In this document: positions 45,521 through 54,560 of the stretch, in pieces
Numbering within the stretch: the stretch's first letter is position 1
Layout: every line of letters begins with the position of its first letter
From: an uncultured Thermus sp.
GTDB taxonomy: Bacteria; Deinococcota; Deinococci; Deinococcales; Thermaceae
DNA length: 64,000 nucleotides
NCBI GenBank assembly: GCA_947085095.1
Contig: CAMTVD010000001.1
Location: 1-64,000 of the forward strand
Direction: 5' to 3'
Program-made: the position numbers and the translations under genes
The notes under the pieces: model-generated
What the model was told of the DNA's origin: nothing
Databases searched by the model: none
Seen by the model: the letters and a program-made list of their open reading frames with translations, nothing else

Positions 45521-46735
45521 ATGCGCACGAACCTCAGCGTGGAGGAAGCCTTGAGCCTGGTCCTGGCGGAGGTCAGGGGGGAGCTTAGTGTGGAGACCCT
45601 TCCCCTGAAGGAGGCCTTGGGCCGGGTCCTGGCCGAGGACCTGGTCTCTTTGGTGGACCATCCCGACCAGGACGACACCGCCATAGACGGCTACGCCTGC
45701 CGGGAAGAGGACACCTTTGGGGCCTCGCTGGAGCGCCCGGTGCGCCTCAGGGTGATCGGGGAATCCCCCGCGGGCAGGCCTTTTCCCGGGGAGGTGGGGA
45801 AGGGGGAGGCGGTGGCCGTTTACACCGGGGCCCCCATCCCCAGGGGGGCGGACGCGGTGGTCCGGGTGGAGGACACCCGGAGGGAGGGGGAGTTTGTCCT
45901 CCTCTTCGCCCCGGCGAGCCCCAGGGACATCCGCCCCAAGGGGGATGACCTCAGGCGGGGGGAGGTCTACCTGAGGCGGGGGGACCTTCTCACCCCGGGG
46001 CGGCTGGGCCTGGCGGCGGCCATGGGCCACCCCCAGGTCCGGGTCTATAGGCGGCCCCGGGTGGGCATCCTCTCCACCGGGGACGAGGTGGTGGAGCCCG
46101 GGGAGCCCCTGCCCTACGGGGGGGTCTACAACTCCAACGCCTATAGCCTCCTGGGGCTGGTCCTCGAGGCCGGGGGGGAGCCTGTCCTCCTGGGCAAGGT
46201 CCCGGACGAGCCCGAGGCGGTGCTTAGGAGGCTCATAGAGGCGGGGCCTTTGGACCTCCTCCTCACCTCGGGCGGGGTCTCCATGGGGGCGTACGACGTG
46301 GTGCGCAAGGTCTTGGAGGAAAAGGGGGAGGTGGTCTTCTGGAAGGTGCGCCAGCAGCCCGGGGGGCCCCTGCTCTTCGCCCGGCTTGGGGAGCTTCCCG
46401 TCTTGGGCCTCCCCGGGAACCCGGTTTCCAGCATGGTCACCTTCTTCCTTTATGGCAGGCCCTTCCTCTTCCGCCTCCTCAGGCGCACGGAAGCCCCCTA
46501 CGCCTCCCTCAAGGCCAAAGCGGAGACTTCCTTTAAAGGAGCCAAGGGGAAGAAGGTTTTCCGCCGCGGCCTCCTTTCCTTGGCCGGGGGAGCCAGCGTC
46601 CGCACCACCGGGAACCAGAGTAGCGGGGTCCTCCGCTCCATGGCCTTCGGCAACGCCCTGGTGGTCCTTCCTCCGGACCAGGACGCCAAGGAAGGGGAGG
46701 AGGTGGAGGTCATTCCCTTGACTTTCGTGCCCTAG
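45521..46735 (+). CDS. moeA: Molybdopterin molybdotransferase
   Basis: AIDGYA, TGAPIPRGADAV, STGDE, TSGGVSMG, GLPGNPVS. Confidence 0.95.
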   Translation: MRTNLSVEEALSLVLAEVRGELSVETLPLKEALGRVLAEDLVSLVDHPDQDDTAIDGYACREEDTFGASLERPVRLRVIGESPAGRPFPGEVGKGEAVAVYTGAPIPRGADAVVRVEDTRREGEFVLLFAPASPRDIRPKGDDLRRGEVYLRRGDLLTPGRLGLAAAMGHPQVRVYRRPRVGILSTGDEVVEPGEPLPYGGVYNSNAYSLLGLVLEAGGEPVLLGKVPDEPEAVLRRLIEAGPLDLLLTSGGVSMGAYDVVRKVLEEKGEVVFWKVRQQPGGPLLFARLGELPVLGLPGNPVSSMVTFFLYGRPFLFRLLRRTEAPYASLKAKAETSFKGAKGKKVFRRGLLSLAGGASVRTTGNQSSGVLRSMAFGNALVVLPPDQDAKEGEEVEVIPLTFVP

Positions 46736-46749
46736 TTCACTAAACTAGG
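46718..46749 (+). promoter_or_regulatory. Promoter of hera with overlapping palindrome
   Basis: TTGACT-N17-TAAACT; CCTAGTT-N5-AACTAGG at 46731-46749. Confidence 0.6.
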
Positions 46750-46806
46750 AAGGTTTACGGGCGCACCTCCCTTTTCGGGCGCAGGTGGGCCCGGAAAGGA
46801 AAAGAA

Positions 46807-48348
46807 GTGGAGTTCAAAGACTTTCCCCTGAAGGAAGAGATCAAAGAGGCCCTCCTTAGGCGGGGCATCACCGCCCCCACCCCCATCCAGGCGGCCGCCT
46901 TGCCCCTGGCCTTGGAGGGCCGGGACCTCATCGGCCAGGCCCGCACCGGCACGGGCAAGACCCTGGCCTTCGCCCTGCCCATCGCCGAGAGGCTCGTTCC
47001 CAGCAAGGAGCGGGGGCGGAAGCCGCGGTCCCTGGTCCTCACCCCCACGAGGGAGCTGGCCCTGCAGGTGGCCTCGGAGCTGGCCGCCCTCGCCCCCCAC
47101 CTCAAGGTGGTCCCCGTCTACGGGGGCACGGGGTACGGCAAGCAGAAGGAGGAGCTCATGCGGGGCGCCGACGTGGTGGTGGCCACCCCGGGCCGGGCCC
47201 TGGACTACCTGCGCCAGGGGGTCTTGGACCTCTCTGGGGTGGAGATCGCCGTCTTGGACGAGGCGGACGAGATGCTCTCCATGGGCTTTGAGGAGGAGGT
47301 GGAGGCCATCCTTTCCGCCACGCCCCCTTCCCGCCAGACCCTCCTCTTCTCCGCCACCCTGCCCACCTGGGCCAGGAGGCTGGCCGAGCGCTACATGCGA
47401 TCCCCGGTGGTCATCAACGTGGTGCGGGAGGAGGCGGTCACCTACCAGGAGGAGGCCATCCTGGCCCCTTCCGACAGGCTTTCCCTCCTCTCCGACATCC
47501 TCTACGTGAAGGCCCCCAAGCGGGCCATCGTCTTCACCCAGACCAAGGCGGAGACCGAGGAGGTGGCCACCGGCCTCATCCGGCTGGGGCACGCGGCCCG
47601 GGCCATTCACGGGGACCTCTCCCAGGCGGACCGGGAGCGGGTCATGCGGGCCTTCCGCGAGGGGGAGGTGAAGGTCCTGGTGGCCACGGACGTGGCCGCC
47701 CGGGGCCTGGACATCCCCGAGGTGGACCTGGTGGTGCACCATCGCCTTCCCCATAGCCCGGAGACGTACCAGCACCGCTCCGGGCGCACGGGACGGGCGG
47801 GTAGGGGGGGAGAGGTGATCATCTTCTACAGCTCCCGGGAGAAGCGGGAGCTTGGCGAGCTGGAGAAGGCGGTGGGGCGCCCCTTCAAGCGGGTCAACCC
47901 CCCCACCCCGGAGGAGGTCCTCGAGGCCAAGTGGCAGCACCTCCTGGCCCGCCTGGCCCGGGTGCCGGAGAAGGACTACAAGCTCTACCTGGACTTCGCC
48001 GGCCGCCTCTTCGCCGAGGGGCGGGTGGAGGTGGTGGCCGCCCTCATGGCCCTCCTCCTGGGTGGGGCCCCCAAGGAGAAGAGCCTCCTCACCGGGGAGG
48101 AGGGGTGGGTAACCCACCGGGCCACGGGGCCCAGGCTCACCCTGCCCCGCCTGGTGGCCCTCTTGAAGGAGCGGGGCCTCGAGGTGGGCAAGATCGCCGA
48201 GGCCGAGGGGGGCTTCTACGTGGACCTCCGCCCCCAGGACCTGGCCAAGGCGGCGGAGGTCCAGGGGGTCAGGCTGGAACGGGCCAAGCGGGTGGAGGGG
48301 CTTTTGGAGACCGCTCCCCGCCCCCGCCGCCCGGCCCGGTCTTACTGA
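46807..48348 (+). CDS. hera: DEAD-box RNA helicase Hera
   Basis: TGTGKT, PTRELA, DEAD, SAT, HRSGRTGRAG plus the Thermus dimerisation and RNA-binding tail. Confidence 0.92.
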   Translation: MEFKDFPLKEEIKEALLRRGITAPTPIQAAALPLALEGRDLIGQARTGTGKTLAFALPIAERLVPSKERGRKPRSLVLTPTRELALQVASELAALAPHLKVVPVYGGTGYGKQKEELMRGADVVVATPGRALDYLRQGVLDLSGVEIAVLDEADEMLSMGFEEEVEAILSATPPSRQTLLFSATLPTWARRLAERYMRSPVVINVVREEAVTYQEEAILAPSDRLSLLSDILYVKAPKRAIVFTQTKAETEEVATGLIRLGHAARAIHGDLSQADRERVMRAFREGEVKVLVATDVAARGLDIPEVDLVVHHRLPHSPETYQHRSGRTGRAGRGGEVIIFYSSREKRELGELEKAVGRPFKRVNPPTPEEVLEAKWQHLLARLARVPEKDYKLYLDFAGRLFAEGRVEVVAALMALLLGGAPKEKSLLTGEEGWVTHRATGPRLTLPRLVALLKERGLEVGKIAEAEGGFYVDLRPQDLAKAAEVQGVRLERAKRVEGLLETAPRPRRPARSY

Positions 48349-48366
48349 GGCCCCCACCTAAAAGAA

Positions 48367-48392
48367 TCCCGCCCAGGGAGACCTGGGCGGGA
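48367..48392. terminator. Hairpin between hera and the att copy
   Basis: TCCCGCCCAGG-GAGA-CCTGGGCGGGA. Confidence 0.65.
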
Positions 48393-48401
48393 AGCCTCTT
48401 A

Positions 48402-48447
48402 ACTTGGTGCGCCCGGAGGGATCCGAACCCTTGACCCAGGGCTTAGG
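48402..48447 (-). repeat. Degenerate copy of the tRNA-Arg(CCT) 3' half (att direct repeat)
   Basis: Matches 50693-50738 with 4 mismatches and stops at the anticodon loop. Confidence 0.85.
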
Positions 48448-48927
48448 TGGAGGCCTCCTGCCCCCTCGAGGCCCTCCTCACCCTGGCAAAGTGCTCGGGC
48501 TAGGGGAGGGCGGTTCTCCATCCTCGAGGGCCCCCACCAAGGCGGTCCGTAACCGCCCCTCAACCGGGGAAGGGCGATTCAACCGCCCGCGAGCCGCCCC
48601 CTTGGGCCAGGTGTGCCAGCGAATCCGCGACTTCCCGAACGGGCTGGGGGAGGTCCATGGCGGACCCGAGGGCTTCGGCCTCCTTTTTCAGGACTTCCCC
48701 CAAAAGGGCGATCTTGGCGATGGAGATGGCCGGGGGTTTATGCGCCCCCCGGGATCCCCGGTAAAGGTGTGTAATCTACCTCATATTCCGCCCCTTGGGG
48801 GTACCTGTGTCCGAAGGGGGCTTCCGTAAAGGGTGGGGCCTTGCCGAAAGGCTGAGGGGGCGTTTGCTAAAATCCTGGAGAGAGGATTTCTCCTGAGCAA
48901 CCCACCTGCCCTGAAGGAGGTGGAGTT

Positions 48928-50135
48928 ATGAGGGGTTCCTGGAAGCTCTTGGGCGCCTTGGTCTTGGCCCCTCTCCTGGCCGCTTGGGGCACGAGTAGTG
49001 GCGGCGCCCCCAACTTCACCAGCTCCCACAACCCCACCAGCCCCTCGGTCCCGCAGGCAGGTAGCGGCACCACCCAGCTCACCCTCACCCCGCAGCAGGG
49101 GTTCACCGGGACGGGGAACCTCTCCCTGGTGGGGGCTCCCAGCGGGGTCGGCCTCCCCCCCAGCAGCGTGAGCGTGAGCGGCCCGAACCCGGTGAACCAG
49201 ATCCTCACCGTCAACGTGACCAGCAGCGTACCCAGCGGCACCCACAACCTCCAGGTCCAGGCCACCAGTGGGAGCATCGCCAAGGCGGCGAGCCTCAGCC
49301 TCACTGTGTTTGCGCCTGGCGTCAACTGGAGGCTGCGGGCCTCGGGGACGAGCAACACGCTCTTGAGCGTTACCTACGGCAACCACACCTTCGTGGCGGT
49401 GGGGGAGGACGGCACCATCCTCACCTCCACAGACGGGGTGAACTGGGTAGCGTGGAGTTCGGGGACGACCCACCACCTCCGCGACGTTACCTACGGCAAC
49501 CACACCTTCGTGGCGGTGGGGGATTTGGGCACCATCCTCACCTCCACAGACGGGGTGAACTGGGTAGCGTGGAGTTCGGGGACGACCCACCACCTCCACG
49601 GCGTTACCTACGGCAACCACACCTTCGTGGCGGTGGGGGATTGGGGCACCATTCTCACCTCCACAGACGGGGTGAGCTGGACGCGGCAGTACTCGGGGAC
49701 GAGCCACTGGCTCCGGGGCGTTACCTACGGCAGCAACACCTCGTGGCGGTGGGGACGGAGGGCACCATCCTCACCTCCCCCGACGGGGTGGACTGGACGG
49801 AGCGGGCCTCGGGGACGAGCCACTGGCTCCGGGGCGTTACCTACGGCAGCAACACCTTCGTGGCGGTGGGGGATTGGGGCACCATCCGCACCTCCCCCGA
49901 CGGGGTGGACTGGACGGCGCGGACCTCGGGGACGAGAAGATGGCTAGGGAGCGTTACCTACGCCAACAACACCTTCGTGGCGGTGGGGGATTGGGGCACC
50001 ATCCTCACCTCCTCCAATGGGGTGAACTGGACGGCGCGGACCTGGGGGACAGGCGCATGGCTCTACGGCGTTACCTACGGCAACGCCACCTTTGTGGCGG
50101 TGGGGTTTGACGGCACCATCCTCACCTCTCCCTGA
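48928..50135 (+). pseudogene. Surface lipoprotein: Ig-like domain + 7 BNR/HCF136-like beta-propeller repeats; frameshifted
   Basis: RBS GGAGG; signal peptide LLAAW (lipobox Cys position is TGG); 7 x 39-aa VTYG..TFVAVG..GTILTS.DG..W repeats; 1-bp deletion at about 49740. Confidence 0.82.
49321..50132 (+). repeat. Seven tandem 117-bp coding repeats
   Basis: Anchor GTTACCTACG at 49369, 49486, 49603, 49720, 49836, 49953, 50070 (one interval is 116). Confidence 0.95.
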
Positions 50136-50651
50136 GGCTGGGCTTCCCGCTCCCCGGCCTCCGCGAGGGGCGGGCCCTGGGGCGGTCTAGGGCTTCAACG
50201 CTTGAAGGAAAGGCCCCCCACCAAGCGGAACCCATCCCCCGTAGGGAGCAGAGCGGGGGTTTCACCCATCCTGTTGCAGACCTAGAGGCTGGGCCTCGTA
50301 TCCCTCCACTCCGGAGAGCGGGCACCGAGGGGGGTACGATGGGGCTAAGCGGCGGCGAGGGGGTAAGGTGCACATGGCGGTAGGTACCTTGGGGCACCTT
50401 TCCTGCGGGACGATGAGCGTTTGCCTGAGACCCTGGCTGGGTTGCACTTTGTGGCCTTTGCCGTGCTTCTTGCCCAAAGGCTTTTGGCTTTTGGACCTTC
50501 TGGGCAAAGTCATTGACAGCCTTTAGCCCTAACGGCACCCTGGGTGCCTACCGCTACCTCCTCGAGGGCGAGAGGCGGGCCTGGGTGATAGACCCCGAAG
50601 GCCTTCTCTCCGGGCCCAGGCCCCAAGCCTGAGCCTATGGGGGTAAAAGGA

Positions 50652-50679
50652 CTTCCGCCCACGAAAGCGTGGGCGGAAG
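50652..50679 (-). terminator. Hairpin downstream of tRNA-Arg
   Basis: CTTCCGCCCACG-AAAG-CGTGGGCGGAAG perfect 12-bp stem. Confidence 0.7.
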
Positions 50680-50695
50680 GTTTGCGTTCTAGACT

Positions 50696-50772
50696 TGGTG
50701 CGCCCGGAGGGATTCGAACCCCCGACCTAGGGCTTAGGAAGCCCCCGCTCTATCCTGCTGAGCTACGGGCGC
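50696..50772 (-). tRNA. tRNA-Arg(CCT)
   Basis: GCGCCCGTAGCTCAGCAGGATAGAGCGGGGGCTTCCTAAGCCCTAGGTCGGGGGTTCGAATCCCTCCGGGCGCACCA; promoter TTGCCT-N17-TAAAAT at 50786-50814. Confidence 0.96.
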
Positions 50773-50904
50773 CCACGCCTAAGGGATTTTACCACCCCCC
50801 AAGGCCTTAGGCAAGGCGTATAGTCTTCCCGGGGCCAAGCCCCCTTCCCCGTAAAGGGGGCCGCCTTGTGCCCGGCCTCACGTTTCCGTAGCCTGGAGGG
50901 AACC

Positions 50905-52863
50905 ATGACCGAGACCCAAGACCTCACCGCCCTTTCGGTGAACGCCATCCGCTTTCTGGCCATAGACGCCGTGGAAAAGGCCAAGAGCGGCCACCCGGGC
51001 ATGCCCATGGCCATGGCGCCCCTGGCCTACCTCCTCTACCGGGAGGCCATGCGCCATAACCCCCTGGACCCCTCCTGGCCCAACCGGGACCGCTTCGTCC
51101 TCTCCGCGGGGCACGGCTCCATGCTCCTCTACGCCGTCCTCCACCTCACGGGCTACGACCTGCCCATGGAGGAGATCCAGCGCTTCCGCCAGTGGGGCTC
51201 CAAGACCCCGGGCCACCCCGAGTACGGCCACACCCCGGGGGTGGAGGTGACCACGGGGCCCTTGGGCCAGGGGATCGCCACCGCCGTGGGTTTGGCCCTG
51301 GCGGAAAAGAAGCTCGCCGCCGAGTTCAACCGCCCCGGGCACACGGTGGTGGACCACTACACCTACGTCCTGGCCTCGGACGGGGACCTGATGGAGGGGG
51401 TCTCGGGGGAGGCCAGCTCCCTGGCAGGGATGTGGGGGCTTTCCAAGCTCATCGTTTTCTGGGACGACAACCGCATCTCCATTGACGGCCCCACCCATCT
51501 GGCCTTCACCGAGGACGTCCTCGCCCGCTATAGGGCCTACGGCTGGCACACCCTGAGGGTGGAGGACGCCAACGACCTCGAGGCCCTCCGCCACGCCATC
51601 CGGCTGGCGAAGCTGGACGAGAGACCCAGCCTCATCGCCGTGCGGAGCCACATCGGCTTCGGCTCCCCCAAGCAGGACTCCCACAAGGCCCACGGGGAGC
51701 CCCTGGGCCCGGAGGCGGTGGAGGCCACCCGGAGGAACCTCGCCTGGCCCTACCCTCCCTTCGTGGTCCCGGAAGAGGTCTACCGCCACATGGACATGCG
51801 AGAGAGGGGAAAGGCCCTTCAGGAGGCCTGGGAAAGGGCCATGGAGGCTTACGCCAAGGCCTTCCCCGACCTCTACGAGGAGCTCGCCCGCCGCCTGAAG
51901 GGGGAGCTTCCCCCCTTGCCCGAGGAGCCCCCCACCTTTGACAAGCCCCTAGCCACCCGGGCCGCCAGCGGCAAGGCCCTGGACCTCATCGCCCCCCGGA
52001 TGCCCGAGCTTCTGGGGGGAAGCGCCGACCTCACCCCCTCCAACAACACCCAGGCCCAAGGGATGGCGGACTTCTCCCGGGAAAACCCCTTGGGGCGCTA
52101 CCTCCACTTCGGGGTGCGGGAGCACGCCATGGGGGCCATCCTGAACGGCCTGAACCTCCACGGGGGGTACCGGGCCTACGGGGGCACTTTCCTGGTCTTC
52201 TCCGACTACATGCGCCCCGCCATCCGCCTCTCCGCCCTCATGGGCACGCCCACGGTCTTCGTCTTCACCCACGACTCCATCGCCCTGGGGGAGGACGGCC
52301 CCACCCACCAGCCCGTGGAGCACCTCATGAGCCTGCGAGCCATGCCGAACCTCTGGGTCATCCGCCCCGCCGACGCCCACGAGACCTTCTACGCCTGGCA
52401 GGTGGCCTTAAGGCGCAAGGAGGGCCCCACCGCCCTCGTCCTCACCCGGCAGGCCGTGCCCCTCCTTTCACCGGAGAAGGCCCAGGGGCTTTTGCGGGGT
52501 GGCTACGTTCTGGAGGACGCCGAGGAGCCGGAAGGGGTCTTGGTGGCCACGGGAAGCGAGGTCCACCTGGCTTTGAAGGCCCGGGCCCTCCTCTTGGAGA
52601 AGGGAAGGCGGGTCCGGGTGGTGAGCCTGCCCTCCTTTGAGCTTTTCGCCGCCCAGCCCGAGGCTTACCGGAAGGAGGTTCTTCCCCCAGGCCTGCCCAC
52701 GGTGGCTGTGGAGGCCGGGGCGAGCCTGGGATGGGAGCGCTATGCCCAGGAAGTGGTGGGCCTGGACCGCTTCGGGGCCAGCGCCCCCTACCCCGAGGTT
52801 TACGAGAAGCTGGGCCTCACCGCAGAGAGGGTGGCGGAAGCCCTTCTTTCCCTTTTCGTGTAG
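50905..52863 (+). CDS. tkt: Transketolase
   Basis: [35 protein letters not shown]. Confidence 0.97.
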   Translation: MTETQDLTALSVNAIRFLAIDAVEKAKSGHPGMPMAMAPLAYLLYREAMRHNPLDPSWPNRDRFVLSAGHGSMLLYAVLHLTGYDLPMEEIQRFRQWGSKTPGHPEYGHTPGVEVTTGPLGQGIATAVGLALAEKKLAAEFNRPGHTVVDHYTYVLASDGDLMEGVSGEASSLAGMWGLSKLIVFWDDNRISIDGPTHLAFTEDVLARYRAYGWHTLRVEDANDLEALRHAIRLAKLDERPSLIAVRSHIGFGSPKQDSHKAHGEPLGPEAVEATRRNLAWPYPPFVVPEEVYRHMDMRERGKALQEAWERAMEAYAKAFPDLYEELARRLKGELPPLPEEPPTFDKPLATRAASGKALDLIAPRMPELLGGSADLTPSNNTQAQGMADFSRENPLGRYLHFGVREHAMGAILNGLNLHGGYRAYGGTFLVFSDYMRPAIRLSALMGTPTVFVFTHDSIALGEDGPTHQPVEHLMSLRAMPNLWVIRPADAHETFYAWQVALRRKEGPTALVLTRQAVPLLSPEKAQGLLRGGYVLEDAEEPEGVLVATGSEVHLALKARALLLEKGRRVRVVSLPSFELFAAQPEAYRKEVLPPGLPTVAVEAGASLGWERYAQEVVGLDRFGASAPYPEVYEKLGLTAERVAEALLSLFV

Positions 52864-52918
52864 GCACACCGATCCCTTCTTGTGGGAAAGGGGGCCTGCC
52901 CCTGCTACCCTGTGTCCC

Positions 52919-53353
52919 ATGGAGCCTCTTTTTCGCATCTTTCCCCGGGCAGAGGCGGTCATCTACTCCTTTGCGGGGATCTTGGTAATCCTGGGGGCGG
53001 CCTACCTCCTGGTGATGGCGGTCTTGGAAAGCGCGGACTTGGTTCTCCAGGGCAAAGGGGCCGGCCTTCCCATCCTTCTTCTGGACAGGGTGCTCCTCGC
53101 TTTGATGATGGCGGAGATCCTGTATACCCTGGTGCGCTTTGCCCGCGAGGGGCAGCTCCAGGTGGAGCCATTCTTGGTTATCGGCATCATCGCTGGGGTG
53201 CGGCGGATCCTGGTGATCACCGCAGAGGGATTGCAGAAATACCCCTTCTCCCTGGAGCACCCTGGTTTCCAGGCGGTCTTGGCGGAGCTCCTCCTCCTTT
53301 CCCTCATGGTTCTGGCCTTGGCCTGGGCGTACCGCATGGTGCGCGGGGTATAG
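52919..53353 (+). CDS. PsiE-family membrane protein
   Basis: LLALMMAEILYT, EPFLVIGIIAGVRRIL. Confidence 0.8.
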   Translation: MEPLFRIFPRAEAVIYSFAGILVILGAAYLLVMAVLESADLVLQGKGAGLPILLLDRVLLALMMAEILYTLVRFAREGQLQVEPFLVIGIIAGVRRILVITAEGLQKYPFSLEHPGFQAVLAELLLLSLMVLALAWAYRMVRGV

Positions 53354-53360
53354 TGGGGCC

Positions 53361-54029
53361 GTGCGCTTTGCTCCCTCCATCCTCACGGCGGATCTATCCC
53401 GGCTTAAGGAGGTGATTGAAGAGGCGGAGGCGGCCGGGGTGGACTGGATCCACCTGGATGTGATGGATGGGGTTTTCGTCCCCAACCTCACCTTCGGCCC
53501 CATCCTGGTGGAGGCGGTGCGCCGGGTAACCGCCTTGCCCCTGGATGTCCACCTCATGATCGTGAAACCCGAGCGCTACCTCGAGGATTTCGCCCGGGCG
53601 GGGGCGGACATCATCACCGTGCACTATGAGGCCACGCCCCACGCCCACCGGGCGGTGGAGAAGGTCAAGGAGCTGGGGAAGAAGGCGGGCCTGGCCATCA
53701 ACCCCGCTACCCCCCTTGCCGCCTTTGAGGCCCTTCTTCCCGAGCTGGACCTGGCCCTCCTCATGAGCGTGAACCCGGGGTTCGGGGGGCAGAGGTACAT
53801 TCCCCAGTCCACCGAGCGGCTTAGGCGGCTGAAGGCCATGCGGGACGCCCTGAACCCCACCTGCCTCATTGAGGTGGACGGGGGGGTAAACCAGACCACG
53901 GTGGGGGAGGTTTACCTGGCGGGCGCGGACGTGGCCGTGGCGGGAAGCGCCCTCTTCAATGACAAACCGGTAAAGGAGAACCTGAAAGCCCTAAAGGAGG
54001 TCCTGAAAAGGGCCACCGGCCAGGTATAG
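53361..54029 (+). CDS. rpe: Ribulose-phosphate 3-epimerase
   Basis: APSIL, HLDVMDG, DVHLM, MSVNPGFGGQ, VDGG. Confidence 0.97.
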   Translation: MRFAPSILTADLSRLKEVIEEAEAAGVDWIHLDVMDGVFVPNLTFGPILVEAVRRVTALPLDVHLMIVKPERYLEDFARAGADIITVHYEATPHAHRAVEKVKELGKKAGLAINPATPLAAFEALLPELDLALLMSVNPGFGGQRYIPQSTERLRRLKAMRDALNPTCLIEVDGGVNQTTVGEVYLAGADVAVAGSALFNDKPVKENLKALKEVLKRATGQV

Positions 54030-54045
54030 GCCCAAAAAGCTAGGT

Positions 54046-54067
54046 CCCCGCCCTCTAGGGGGCGGGG
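54046..54067. terminator. Hairpin between convergent rpe and tRNA-Pro
   Basis: CCCCGCCC-TCTAGG-GGGCGGGG. Confidence 0.6.
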
Positions 54068-54071
54068 TTCC

Positions 54072-54148
54072 TGGTCGGGGAGGCCGGATTTGAACCGACG
54101 ACCACACGCACCCCAAGCGTGTGCGCTACCAGGCTGCGCTACTCCCCG
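54072..54148 (-). tRNA. tRNA-Pro(GGG)
   Basis: CGGGGAGTAGCGCAGCCTGGTAGCGCACACGCTTGGGGTGCGTGTGGTCGTCGGTTCAAATCCGGCCTCCCCGACCA; promoter TTGACG-N17-TAGACT at 54162-54190. Confidence 0.96.
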
Positions 54149-54204
54149 GCGCGCAAAAGCTAGTCTAGCCTCCCGCCCGTCCTTCGTCAAGTACACTCTA
54201 GGCC

Positions 54205-54522
54205 ATGGAGATCCGCGACCTGAAGAAGCTAGCCCGCTTTTCCCAGGAGAAGCTTTTGAAGATCCCCGTCTTTGACTCGGAAAAGATGCTCTTTGACCTC
54301 TACGCCCTCCTTCCCGGGCAGGCCCAGAGGGTGCACGCCCACTCCGGCTCCGACAAGGTCTACTATGTCCTGGAGGGCGAGGTGGTGGTCCGGGTGGGGG
54401 AGGAGGAGGCCCTCTTGGCCCCGGGCATGGCCCCCCTCGCCCCGGCGGGGGAGGCGCACGGGGTGCGCAACCAGTCGGCGGCCCCCGCCCTGCTTCTGGT
54501 GGTCATGGCCCCTAAGCCTTAA
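54205..54522 (+). CDS. Cupin-domain protein
   Basis: PGQAQRVHAH...YYVLEG...PAGEAHGVRN. Confidence 0.88.
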   Translation: MEIRDLKKLARFSQEKLLKIPVFDSEKMLFDLYALLPGQAQRVHAHSGSDKVYYVLEGEVVVRVGEEEALLAPGMAPLAPAGEAHGVRNQSAAPALLLVVMAPKP

Positions 54523-54560
54523 TCACAGGTTTTTCACACCCGGACTCTAGCCTAGGGGCG

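Larger units (their letters stand above)
48402..50738. mobile_element. Decayed ~2.3-kb genomic islet at tRNA-Arg(CCT)
   Basis: Flanked by tRNA-derived direct repeats; holds a frameshifted gene and gene-like fragments; no integrase. Confidence 0.7.

Noticed and set aside
48405..48447. A second functional tRNA-Arg
   Set aside because: Only the 3' half is present and it carries four substitutions, including one in the T-loop
49321..50132. 117-bp repeats as a CRISPR array or diversity-generating retroelement
   Set aside because: Units are codon-phased protein repeats without unique spacers; no reverse transcriptase or template repeat in the window
50273..50530. GTTGCAGA and CCTTTAGCCC fragments resembling the CRISPR repeat
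   Set aside because: Short, about 240 bp apart and without the hairpin or handle; likely chance
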